Source: Perkinsus olseni
Taxonomy: Eukaryota
NCBI GenBank assembly: GCA_013115125.1
Contig: JABANN010000011.1
Coordinates: 1 to 64,000, forward strand
Direction: 5' to 3'
DNA length: 64,000 bases
In this document: in pieces, positions 35,630 to 47,467 of the stretch
Position numbering within the stretch: the stretch's first letter is position 1
Layout: each line of letters begins with the position of its first letter
Translations under genes and position numbers: made by a program
Notes under the pieces: model-generated
The model's database searches: none
What the model saw: only the letters and a program-made list of their open reading frames with translations
Told to the model about the DNA's origin: nothing

Positions 35630-37409
35630 CTACGATATGGTGATTGGGAAGAAACATGTTACAGGCCCATATTCTCCTGCATGCTGGAGAGTGTCTGCTC
35701 ATAACGGACACCGAATTTAACGAACTCATCGTGTTTAATTCGCATCATAGCAGGCTTATCGAAGTCGGCCTGAAACAGCAGCCTGACTAGGACGCGCAGT
35801 AGATGCCTCCACCTGCTGAGCGATGAGGCTCGTGCCGAGCCATACTGCATTCTGACCGGTGGACTTGATCCCTATGCTACTCGCTATATTAGTTTTGTGG
35901 CGCGCGGAAGTGAGCATCTGGCAGCCGAGCAGGTCACCGTTGTTGATGCGGCTGAGCTCACCTTCAGCTCCAGTTTGAGTCTCCGGTCGAAGTTCGTGAA
36001 CATCGTCGAGCCTCCCGAGAGAACGATATTCTGAACGGACGATCGTGTCGGACGGCGTTGTTGGGCCTACCGAGTAGAGCTTGGCCCGGTAATCGATAGG
36101 AGCAGCTTGTATGGCATCATCCACCAGTACTGGCAGTGGCGTAGCATCCCTCTCGGGTCCACAGGAAATAGCCTGCAGCGACAGGTGGGAAGAATCCTTC
36201 ACAGTGAGCGAGGTATCTTACGGGTTCGAAGAGTATCTCGGGAGCTATGAACCTTTCGTAGCACACGGAGTACTCCCAACCATACGCTTCACTCCTCAAC
36301 TTCCTCTTGGCCAGCTTTGGATCTGCAGCAGACCAGTGAGAAGGCAAGTCGTTAATAAGCGGGACCTTCATCAAGTCTAAGGGCCTCGTCGACCGGGCTG
36401 GCCGCCAAGTAACAGCTGCCATGTTTGATCTTCTGCACGGCCGAGGCTATCGCCTTCTCTCTGTCACGCCGTCGCAAAGAGCTCAGTGGCTTGAACCTGG
36501 TGAAGCCGGGTGCGGCAACGACGATTCCGATGCTTACTCTTCCCGAGCCTCCAAGTGCCGCTGTATCATCTCGGAGATCTGTGCACCTCCGATGGCTTCC
36601 TCCTTGACGGAGCTGCAGACCAAGTAGCCGTCCACCTGAGAAAGCGATCACGCCGAGTGCGAAAGACCAGGCCGACCAGGCACATGATCTTGGTGAGGTT
36701 CTCGCCGATATCCACGATGGTACCTGGGAAGGTACTAGGATGGGTTCTCGCGGAGGGACTCTACCGGTGAGCCGTCCAGGACTGCAGTCGGGCCCTGCGG
36801 AGGCGAACAGGGCGGCAACGGACTGGTCCACTATGGAGATAGAGAGGGGCGATAGTGACACCATGAGGGAACGCATGAACTGCATTTAACGACTTCCGAC
36901 GGTAGTAGGCAGCTCAGCTCACCTGGGCCCGATCGATCGGGGAGCTCATGGCCGGCAAGGCCTGACAGGATGGAACTCTTCGGCAGCGGCGCCCGAGAAC
37001 TCACGAAGAAAAAGTGGCAGTCCATCGGGTCCACTTTGAGGTACTCCTTGCAGCAGGCGTCAACGAACAACACCAAGTCACTCAGGCTTTCAACTCGCCC
37101 ATCCCGGACGACCGGCCGAACAGAGTATCCAGCATCGAAGAGCCGCAGTCTGAAGGGCAGACAAGTCTTGATAGTACCCCTCTAGGATGGGCTACTTCAT
37201 AGCGTATTTCCCTATGTAGTAACTGAGACAGGGGAGGGGCTGAGAGGACATACGACGGGGATTCTGGCTCACTCTCCTCCAGAGGCACTCCGATGCTCTC
37301 GGACGGGCGTGGCAACGAGACTGGGGATGATGCAGTCTGGCGTGGGGTTTCCAGCAAAGCCGATTTTGGCCAGGCCGCTGCCGAGATCGATCGCTACACG
37401 ACGCTCCAT
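35630..37409 (-). CDS. ARP3: Actin-related protein, divergent Arp3-like
   Basis: VAIDLGSGLAKIGFAGNPTPDCIIPS; VCYERFIAPEILFEP; LVDDAIQAAPIDYRAKLY; NIVLSGGSTMFTNFDRRLKLELK; QNAVWLG; EYGPVTC. Confidence 0.75.
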
Positions 37410-37529
37410 TGGCGTACACTGCGAGGGGTCCCAGAGCCTTGACGCTGCCAACACCAAAAGACAGTGAGGGTACGGAAAGGGTACGACCACCGGGCTGTAC
37501 GTAGTGGCATGGCAACAGGCCCGTCAGAG

Positions 37530-40373
37530 CTCATAGCCGCGGATGGGACGCTACTCCTTCGCCTCGGCGTTGAACGTGAACCTGTAGAATGGGGGTTACC
37601 TTCATGCAGACCATCCTCTCTACTCCAGAGCATCTCCGTCCCCTCTCGACACTCCCGCTGGAGGCTCTTCTGCGGACCTGAAAAACAAGATGCATGATAA
37701 ACTTCTAGAGGAGACCAGCGTCCGACTTGGAACTGTCCAGGGCTTGGCCGGTAGGGTCGTCTGAGCAAGAGCGTGAGCTCAGCACCGAGACAATTGCGCA
37801 AGGCTACCGATAGGCCGGACCTCCTTCTGTGCGGCGGGAGGGCCTGTAGGGTCCTCATCAGGTTGGCACTTCGGGGTTTGCAAGGTCGCATAAATGCGGT
37901 GATATACTTCGTCCAGTAGCTCTCGTGGTGGGGCCGGTATCGAAAAATATACGCCTGAAGAGATCCCGATGAGGGCGTGCCGATGGGCTCTCGGAGCACA
38001 CAGAATAGCCAGCACATCATCCGGGCACTGTAGACGTGTATGGACACTGGATGCTCCTGGACGACCTGCCAAGCGCAGTAGCCGACAGAGCGGAGTTGAA
38101 CGTGGCCGTAGTTACTCTCCCAGTATTGGTGTGCAGGTACGCCGCCGTACTATCGGAAAGGGAGTACGGGCCCGACCACTCACAGGGCTGTGACTCTACC
38201 TCCCCTGCAAACCTGACGCGGCGATCGCAGAGCGGCAGTCACAGGGCGGCACCTATCGAGCTCATCCATCAGGGAGGCCGTCAGACGGTCGGCCCTCCTT
38301 CCGATGCCCTCCGTCTCCATTCTGCTGATGCAGGCCAATGCCCGCTTGGCAGCGTGGTCGATGGGATGCGTCCATGTACTCTCCCCTGAGCCACAGGGCC
38401 CTTGACCAGAAGATCTGCGAGCCCACATCACCGACCGGTCACCGTATCCGAGTAGTAGATGATCTCGTCGCCCGTCTCTCCATCGGTGTGGCGATGCTCA
38501 CTCCACCCAGGTGGCAGCGGTGGGCTCCTCAGGCATGCGTCAATGAATAGTACGAGAGGCTCTTTCGGGGAGGCACCTGAGCGCTGCGAGTCGAGAACAA
38601 TGAGTGCCTCACGGCCCTCACCGTCTCTAATGGCGGAAGGGTCGATGCCTAGGGACAGGGCGTAGTCTCGGCGGGCTCGCAATACCGCCATGGACTCGGT
38701 AGCGCCAGCCTGCTGAGCCTTCCGCTACGCCGAGGAGCGTCCACATGCGACTACCCGTGGAGTAAGCTGGTCGTCATCATCATACACCTCGTCATCGCTC
38801 ATCGACAGTAACGGACCACCTTCCTCCCACGAGGGCCGTGGAGACACCGGAACGGGAGGCAACCCGAACGGTCGTTGGGCTACGGTCACTGAGGAAGCAC
38901 ATAACGTACTTAGCGGAGCGAAGCACCGCGAGATAGGCTACTCTTCACTGAGGAGGCGGGGGTTTCACCATCCTCCTCATCTTCGCCGCTTGAGGAGCCT
39001 TCAGAGGACTCGGTGTCCTGCTCCCACCAATTCTTGATCTTCTGCGCCAGGAAGAACACCACCATAGAATGGCATACAGCAAAAGAAAGCCTACTGTACA
39101 CGCCCACTCAGGCACCGTTAACTCGAGTCTGCCGATAACCCCTTAATGGTGAGGAAGCTTACAACTCAACGAAAAGATGAAACTTGAGAAACCAATTTAA
39201 CGTTAACACATTACGGAATGCAGAGGGAGCCCTCAGTGGTCTACTTCCGAGAGCTCCATCCCCGCCTGCCGCGACTCGGGGCATCTCCATAATGATAGCC
39301 ATTCCATCGGTGGTTCCATCTTTCTCGGCCGCCCCTTCTGGGCTCCATCGGCTCCAAAGGCTTATCCGGCTTCGTATCGGGAGCATTCCGCCAGTCCAAA
39401 GCTGCCTCGGACGCCACCTTCGGGGCCTCTGTGTTTCTGAAGAACAGAGTCCACCACAACAGTCGGCCGAGCGATATCCTACCCATTAGTGGCTCCCCAG
39501 CCACTTCCTGAGGATACGGATGGTGCTGCCGCTGGCGGCACTACCGGTTCCTGCAAAGGACGCTGAGCTGATGAGAGTACCTCACTGGCCTCACTTCCTT
39601 CCTAGGAGGCTCCCCCTCCATCGTTCTGTTGTGTAATTGCTCCCGACCACTGACAGCGTTGTCCCTAACAGCCCCTGTGCCGTCGCTGCGACCATCGCGC
39701 GGTAACCTCTCCACCATCTCCTTCCTCTTGTTCATGAGATATCTCTCGACGTTGCTGTTCTGAAGCAGCCCTCTGAGTGCGGCAACACCATCGAAGACCA
39801 CCAGCACGCTTACCCGGCTAACTTCTATGTCGTTCAGAACATGCCACTTCGCGCAGCGGTCGAGCCTCTCGATGTGCGTCCACAGCGGGAATGTGGGTGA
39901 GCCCGGATTCACGGGCCGCCACCGCACCGTGAGGTCATCGGAGAACTCGGTATCGAGCTCGAACTTGCAGTCCAGATGAATTGTGTAAGTGTCCATATCG
40001 AAGTAGATCATACCGCTATCGACAACCTTCTTCCTAGCAACGCTCGCCACTCGGTAGTACAGATGCCTGCACTTCGCCACGTTGCCCTGAGGGGGGAAGG
40101 CAGTGAAGCTAGAGACACTGATGACGACGTTCGCTCACCTCCACGTGGATGAGGTTGCCGTAGTTGTCCGACCAGGTCCCCAAGAACCATGACAGCCATA
40201 TAGCTATGCGGCGCTCCTCCAGTGCCTTAGGATAATACGGGTGTCACCACTATTGACACAGCAGCTGCTACATTGCGCGTGATGGGCAGAGGCATGCACT
40301 GGACGGGGTCGAAGTAGGTCATGATCACTTCGGAATCGGCCGCCTCGTCATAGTACCCTTGAGGAGAGTACAT
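37530..40373 (-). CDS. Multi-exon protein with CEP164-like WW module (may be two genes)
   Basis: DYALSLGIDPS..DACLRSPPLPPGWSEH..IIYYSDTVTG|ESTWTHPID matches a WW domain preceded by a CEP164-type 'LGIDP' helix. N-terminal exons 38730-40373 are unassigned. Confidence 0.55.
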
Positions 40374-40459
40374 GGGACAAGATAAAAACTGTGAGGGTGG
40401 ACGAGGCCTCGAGATCCTGACCCAGACCACGGCAAAAGACAGGTGAGAGAGAAACGTTT

Positions 40460-41412
40460 CTAATCAACTTCGGCCGCATCTTTGGTTTCATTCGAAGCAT
40501 CAGCAGCCTGTTTCGAGGGCCCATTCGCTGCTGGCTGGACATGTGGGCGGCCTTCCTCATCGTAGTCGACCTTCTGAGCAGTCTCCCAGAACGGCATGGT
40601 GATGGTGCGACCGTTAACGACCACTCCTCGATGGTGTTCGGCCATGTCCTTCTCCACGAGGGAGGATATTCGCCGGACGTCCGCGAGGAGGGACTGCAGA
40701 TCTGGAAACATTAAAACACCACAGCACCGGAGCCATGCACCGGGAATCGAACCCGCCACCACTAACAACGCTCGCAGTGCTTACCTTTCTTATCCTCTCC
40801 CGAAGCCTTCTCCAAGTTATCCTGTATTGTATCTTTGCACTTCCCGAGCTCGCCATAATTGAAGAGAGCTCTCGCGTACGTTAATGCAAATGCCGAGTCG
40901 CCACTATAAGCGATCTCAGCGTGATGAACAGCCCGCCAGTCCTCGTCCAGTTCCATGTAGGCCTGTCACCACTCCTGCACATCCCCATATAAGGGCCGCT
41001 TACCTGAGCTATCCAGTTGTGTACATCCGGTCCAGCCTCGCCCGCTCGAATGACCCTGCTCCAGGACGATATCGCGGCCTTAAAGTCACCGGCATCGGCA
41101 CTGGCACATCCGCTGTCACGAAGCTGCTTCAACGTGTCTATATCTAGAAGAGATGCCACCTTGAAGCCAACTGAAGGTAGTTCGGTATGACTAAGACGAA
41201 GTGGTATCCAGCTGGTCACGAGCAACGGCACAGGTAAAATGATGTGTTGCAAGAAGCGGCTCACCAAGCTCAGGTGCAGCTGATTGGACATCGGAAGTTT
41301 CCGACGGATCGTCAGCGGCTACGAAGGCAGGCTCCGTTGGCCTGTGGGCCTCCGCTATTGTTCGGGCGCGCTTCGCCGTGCTGGACTCCTTCAGGGAGAG
41401 GCTGAATGACAT
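40460..41412 (-). CDS. TPR protein, TTC33-like
   Basis: LKQLRDSGCASADAGDFKAAISSWSRVI..VHNWIAQ|AYMELDEDWRAVHHAEIA..TYARALFNYGEL forms about three TPRs. Confidence 0.65.
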
Positions 41413-41652
41413 TAGATAAACTGAGAGCAGAGTCTGGCAACGGACCCTTTAACGCGACTCGGGGGGTGAGAGAACATGAGCTCACGAATATACGTCAAGC
41501 GAACCAAAGACACGAGAATGATGCAGACCTGATGACACCAACAATAATTCATTAACGTTGGATGAAGGGTAGGCGTGGAGCGAATGATGATGACGAGGAG
41601 GAGTTCGAGTGGAGAATCTTCGATGTGCGCAAAGATATGCGCAGACGCGAAA

Positions 41653-44600
41653 TCATGAGGCAGCTATCTTGCCGGGAGTACGACGACCAAACAGTCGACG
41701 CCAAAGCTCAGTCAAGAGCATCTTTCGCTCTTCTATCACTGCGGGAGTGCCTGAGGAACTGCAAGTTTGGTCAAGAATGCAAGATTTATCCTTCTCACCC
41801 AGAAGTGTTGAATTCTCCTGCGTTCTGCGAATCAGATAAGGAACGACGTCCTTCACTGGGCCGTAAGGGACGTACTTATACCTGACAACGCAGTCACGCT
41901 CACACTCTAGCGGACCGGATCAGCAGACCTACGCTTTGTAGGCGTTATCAGCGAGGATGAAGGTTATGGGATCGCTCATTCCCAGGAGCTGGCCAAAGTA
42001 AACACGCTCTTGCCTCTTCTCTGGGTTATCACAGCCCTCAAGGGTTCTGAGGTGGAACCCTGCAGCGGACGCGGGGACTCGGGAGAGGCTCACTTGACAG
42101 TGAAATTGACTGTGCCCTCATTGTGCGTCGCCACCATTAATCTGGGTTGAGACGGATGCGTGATGAGATCCTCTATCACTCCATGACATGACGCGGTCGT
42201 CTCCTCGTAGGTATCGAGAATAGGAGCTTCCCTGCAAGACTTCACTATCCCAGACGAGCTTCTTCGAACCACACCTCGGGATAATCGTGGCTGATTTCAG
42301 TATGTGCGATTCAGTATTAAAAAGCGAGGCTTCCCGACAATAGCATGCTTAATGGTCGAGTCACTTGAAGATGGAATCAAGAAAAGTCACAGAAAATGAA
42401 GACACTTGACTCAAGTATCTCCATTTTCTGTACAATCTCCCTCTTCACGATAGAGAGATGACGATACGATAGGCTGCTTCCCCGGGGGGTACCTGTTCTC
42501 GCTCTCGGCCTTGAGGCGTTCGCTCACCATGTAGGCCCCGCGTACGACTTTACACGCAAACTGGTAGCCCTGAAGGAGGGGAGGAGTACCGCCCGAAAAC
42601 GGCAGTCAGGAGTATCAAAGCACTTCTCGCTCCGCCATCTTCATGTGATGATTCACTCGGAACCGCGCGTCCTTCAAGTAAGTCTGGAACGTGTTGAAGA
42701 CAATCGGCCTGCACAGGATGTGTTATCTTTGACATTATAATTAAGGGGCGCGCGACATTTTCAGTAGCCCACCCCTTCTCAGTGTCCCTATTGTACTTCC
42801 TCATCATATGCACCACTACGTTGTCGATAGCTGGCTGTATCTGTAGCCAGAAGATGCACTCCCACGACCCTGAAAGCCTCTGCCCACCGCCGTCCACTCA
42901 GCATCAATCATGATCTTAACGCCTAGATTATAGGCTTTTTGACACACCATGTCGACCCGGTGCAGCATCGACCTGAGCAAGTGCAGCCAAGTGCGCGTAC
43001 GTAGAGAAACCGTATCGCCACAGCTCTAATGAGGATCGGGATAACGCGTAGAATCTAGGCCGTAGATGCTGCGCGCACTGCTGCAATCGCAAAGTCAAAA
43101 GAGCGGAAGCCTCATCAACTTACTTCATCAACTCTAGCTCCTCTTCGTCGAGCGCTGCATCGTATAGGGGACCATGCTCTTTGCACTCCTTCACCATCTA
43201 TATAAGAAACACCACATCCCTAGCGGGACGGTGAAGGCAAGCTACTGGTACCTCGGACATGTCGACCAACGTCATACTGCAGGTCCAATCGACCAAGTCC
43301 ACCGAGCCGTCGTGATAGATGTCAAGCTTATCGAACGTTCGCCTGATCTCCTCTTCACCCCCCTTGGGTTCGTTAAAAAAATTGAGCCATCCCTGAGGAG
43401 TCGAGTGATGACCAGCAGTCTTAACGTAGTCTCCCGGGTACGACGGAACAGACCGCGTGACTGCTGCGCATTGAGGTATCAACCGAGCATAAACGGGGCA
43501 AACAGAGAAGTCGAGGCACGCTGTAAGAAAGCAGGCCCGTGATGCTTACCTTTTTGAAATCATCGTATGAGAGTGCCCCATCGCCCTTGCCGCCCAGGCG
43601 CTCATAAAAAGCGGCCATTTCGAGCATCGCAGTGGATATTCGCTCCAGAAGTACTGGCGCACCTGAGAGCTATAAATCAAGACACTCCAAGAAAACGAGT
43701 GGCTAACGAGACCATGCGACTTAGAGGTGGCTGCAGCCACCTGTGTTTGTCAAACACTGTTTGAAAGGAACGACTGTGTGGCATATCCGAAGAGACGAGG
43801 ACAGAGGGTCTACCAAGCGCTGATATCTTTATGGCCGCGAAACCCTCCTCTGGCGTGGTGTTGTGGACGGCGTGCAGAGCCGTCTCAAAAACCTTGACTC
43901 TGGCATCACACCTGAGAAGGTCCGATGCCATCCGAGATGCTTCACAGTTCTCTTTACGTAAATTAAAAAGTATGCTGGGAAAGTGTCTCTCACCGTTAGT
44001 GAGTCACCAACAGCCCCACACTAACCCTGAACTTATGCCTTGACAGGAACAAGAAGGTGTATCTTCAGCTGATCACACCCGAACAGAGTAAAATTCCGGA
44101 GACCCAAGCTCTCCCGTCTACAAACGATCAGCCCACTGAACACTCACTACTTCTTCTCGCCTTCATAATCATACACCCGTGCATGCATGAAGTCCGTCCT
44201 GTCAGGAGCATCACCCATCGCGTCGGGCTTCTTGGACTGAGCTGAGAGCTCCGCCTCTGCAGCGTAGTCCAGTATACCTGTCGATAGGCTGTAGTCACAG
44301 TACAGTAGTGGACCTAGGCGTTAGTGCAACCTAAGAGACCCTGTAACCAGAGAGCCAGTGTTGGCCCCCACTGGAGGCCCCAACATACCGTACTGGAGCT
44401 GGACACATTAGCAACGTATTAGAAATGGTGTATGTTACAGAGTACAGTAGTGGGCTACAGCCATTTAAAACTCCGAGAAACCCAATGAACCTACACTTGG
44501 TAACCAATCCATGAGGGCTGTCACATACTACACTCCTGCGAGTTGGTGCTGCCGTGGAGGAGGATAATAATAATAACAACCACGCACTACGAATTCTTAT

Positions 44601-45229
44601 TGGCGTTCGGAGAGAGTAGCCCAGATACCGCTGTCTCCAGCATGCTATTTGCCCATCGAAACAAACACACAAGCAGATAAGTTCATCAGCGACACGTCTG
44701 ACGGGTCCCTTGCTCGTCACCTCCAACACCGGCCTCCCGCAACTTCTGCATAGTTGGGGCGATTTCCCGCTCACTCTCGCCAGCGCAAAAGTGGGCAAAG
44801 AACGTTTTCTTCAACAGCCAATTGGTGATGGTGCTGCCTAGGATAGTCTGAGAGCTCTTGTACCTGCCACCGTATCCTCGGCGGAGCGAAGCAGTGCATG
44901 AATTTCAGAATGCATCAACACTTACAATATCTCGGCGTTCTTCACGATGGCGTTGAATGTGCACATTTTGAGCACTAGTAGCCCTCTGAAGACTTCCCCT
45001 GTGGTCTTGGTGTGAAAGGCCACCTCCGGGTTATCAAAACGCAGCTGAGCAGGCACACCACTCGAAAATGGCTGAGCGAACCCTAGCCTACTGGACGAGG
45101 CCTGCCCGCCGAAAACCTCCGAACGATATCGGATGGTGAGCATGTGGCTGCTCCGAGGAGAATGCATGAGTGACGAGTGATGCGGCTGCTGCTGCTGCTG
45201 CCAGCACTGCAGAGAAGACCCCTCAACAT
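41653..45229 (-). CDS. PRODH: Mitochondrial proline dehydrogenase with EF-hand insert, copy 1
   Basis: FFAHFCAGE; GILDYAAE; AAIKISALGRP; EF-hand DIYHDGSVDLVDW; IMIDAE; QPAID; FQTYLKD; KVVRGAYM; MVATHNEG; FGQLLGMSD; YKYVPYGP..PYLIRRTQEN; Arg/Ser-rich presequence. Confidence 0.95.
42389..42431. repeat. 21-bp inverted repeat (2 mismatches, 1-nt spacer) in a PRODH-1 intron
   Basis: ACAGAAAATGAAGACACTTGA-C-TCAAGTATCTCCATTTTCTGT; both mismatches become G-U pairs on the transcribed (minus) strand. Confidence 0.9.
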
Positions 45230-45510
45230 GAAGGAGCCGTGGGGAGGGCTCTTGTGGGGTGAATGAGAAGTAAACTGACCTCCATGCACGGCTAGGTTGA
45301 TCCTGGCAGGACTCGGGAAAAAAGATTCCTTCGATACAGTACATCCGAGAGCTATGAGCACAAGACCCCTGTTTGCTGTGACATGGTTTTTAGCACTCAG
45401 AAAGACGCTATTCCGTGGCGGCGCAGCATGCGTGCGCCCACGACAATAGCTATGACGACGACAGACAAAATGCACTGAAATGATCAGAATTGTTTTTGAC
45501 TACTGTACAT

Positions 45511-47390
45511 TCATGAGCCCCTGCCAGCGAGGCGACGCCAGGCCTCGGCGAACAGCAACGCCCTCTCCTGGGCAACAGCAGGGGTACCTATGTAACGCAT
45601 CCTTCCAGGCAGGACACAACTAAGACGGCGTTCCCTGGTAGTAGTGCAGACCCTAGGTGAGAGCCGCTACTGATTGGCAGCAGTTACTGATGACGGCAGA
45701 GAGCTCTAACTAGAGTCTTATCGCATGGTACTCGACAGCGCTACAGCAACAGTGGAAATCACGGCACGGCATCCCTCACAGCTAAGCATTGGCTACGACA
45801 AGACTATAAGAAGCTCTTAGAGGTCAGTGAGCTAGTGGAAGTTCACGGGGATGGCCGTGTAACCAGGGCAGCTAGGAGGCCCTACCTAGCATAGCGCTGT
45901 TCTCCTGCGCTCGGCGAATCAAGTAAGGCACAACGTTACTGATAGGTCCATAGGGCACGAGCTTGCACCTAGCGAGACGCCTCTAACTTGCCCTACACCA
46001 GGCAGCAAGCCTACGCCCTGTATCCTTCCTTGGCGAGGATGTATGTTATCGGATCCGCCATACCGTACAACTGGGCGAACATGACGTCATCCCGACGCTC
46101 GGGTGGGCAATTGCTCAACTTCCTGAGCACGACGACGACGAAATGGACCTCTCACGAGCCATGTCTCGGGCATTTCGGAGTAGTCCGAGTACTCGCTAAC
46201 TCCAAGTACGTGGCAGTTGGTTGGCTCCCAAGCATCACGCCAATACACGCTCACGACTGCATCATCAAAATCGAGGGCTTGCCGGCTATGAGAGGCAACT
46301 TCCGCTTCGTAACCCTGCCCGTTCACAATATTCCAACCACTGGGCTAGTCCAAATTCCCGCTCCTATGAACCAGCAGCCACCACGCTACAATCCCTTCCC
46401 TCTGCCGGTCCGCCGTAGGAACACTCCCACTGAGTGCTCTCTCCCACGAACTCACCCAACAGCGAACTTCACCGTTTCCGCGTTGTGGGTGGCGATGATG
46501 ATACTCGGTCTTGAAGCATGGTCCAGCAGGTCCTCAATCACCCCATGGTAAGATGCGCTAGTCGCCTCGTACGTATCGCAAATAGGAGATTCCCTACAGC
46601 AGCGCCAACCCCATGAAATCGGTGAGGTAAAATAGGTTCCGCTATCACCTGCCGTCCTCTTCAGCCTTCATCCTTTCACTTACGATGTATGCCCCTCTCA
46701 CGACTTTACAGGCGAAACGGTAGCCCTAAGGGGCAAGACAGATAGACAAGTAAGACGATCCACAACAGGAGGGTGAGAAAAATCTAACCGAGACCGACTT
46801 GGAAACGTGCAGTCTCCTGCAACTCTCGTCCGGTAGCACTACCAATGGCGGCGACCGATGGTTCACCCATTAGAACCCAGTCGCCCCATTGCAAGGCTTT
46901 TTCTCGTGGCCTCACCACTACTATGAGCATTTTTCAGCTCCATCCTTTGACAGGAAGCAGGGCACAGGATATCCGGTCTTACCTCACGCTGAGCCATCTG
47001 AAGGTCCCGACGCACACGCTGCCTGGCATCCTTCAAGTACGTCTGATACGTGTTGTACACTATGGGCCTGACACGGCTCCACGATGAGACCCACCAGCAG
47101 ATTTCGGGGCGCGCGAAACACGGAGAGTCCTCCACCCCTACCCTTTTCTATCATCTCTGTTATACTTCCTCATCATGCCAGTCGCCACCTTGTCGATCGC
47201 TGGCTGTATCTAACAACGAGGTGCATCTGAAAGTGCATTGTCCATGGCGACGGAGCGAAGCATAGCCATTACAGCTGTCCACTCAGCATCGATAAGGATC
47301 TTGACTCCGCTGTCAAAGGCAGCCTGGCATACGGCATCCACACGATGGTACATAGACCTTACGAACGAGGATGAAGGCTCCTTAGTGTAC

Positions 47391-47467
<77 letters not shown>

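Noticed and set aside
45785..45800. CGTAGCCA on the minus strand resembling a relic Perkinsus/dinoflagellate spliced leader
   Set aside because: Only 8 nt match, and it lies inside an intron rather than upstream of a start codon.
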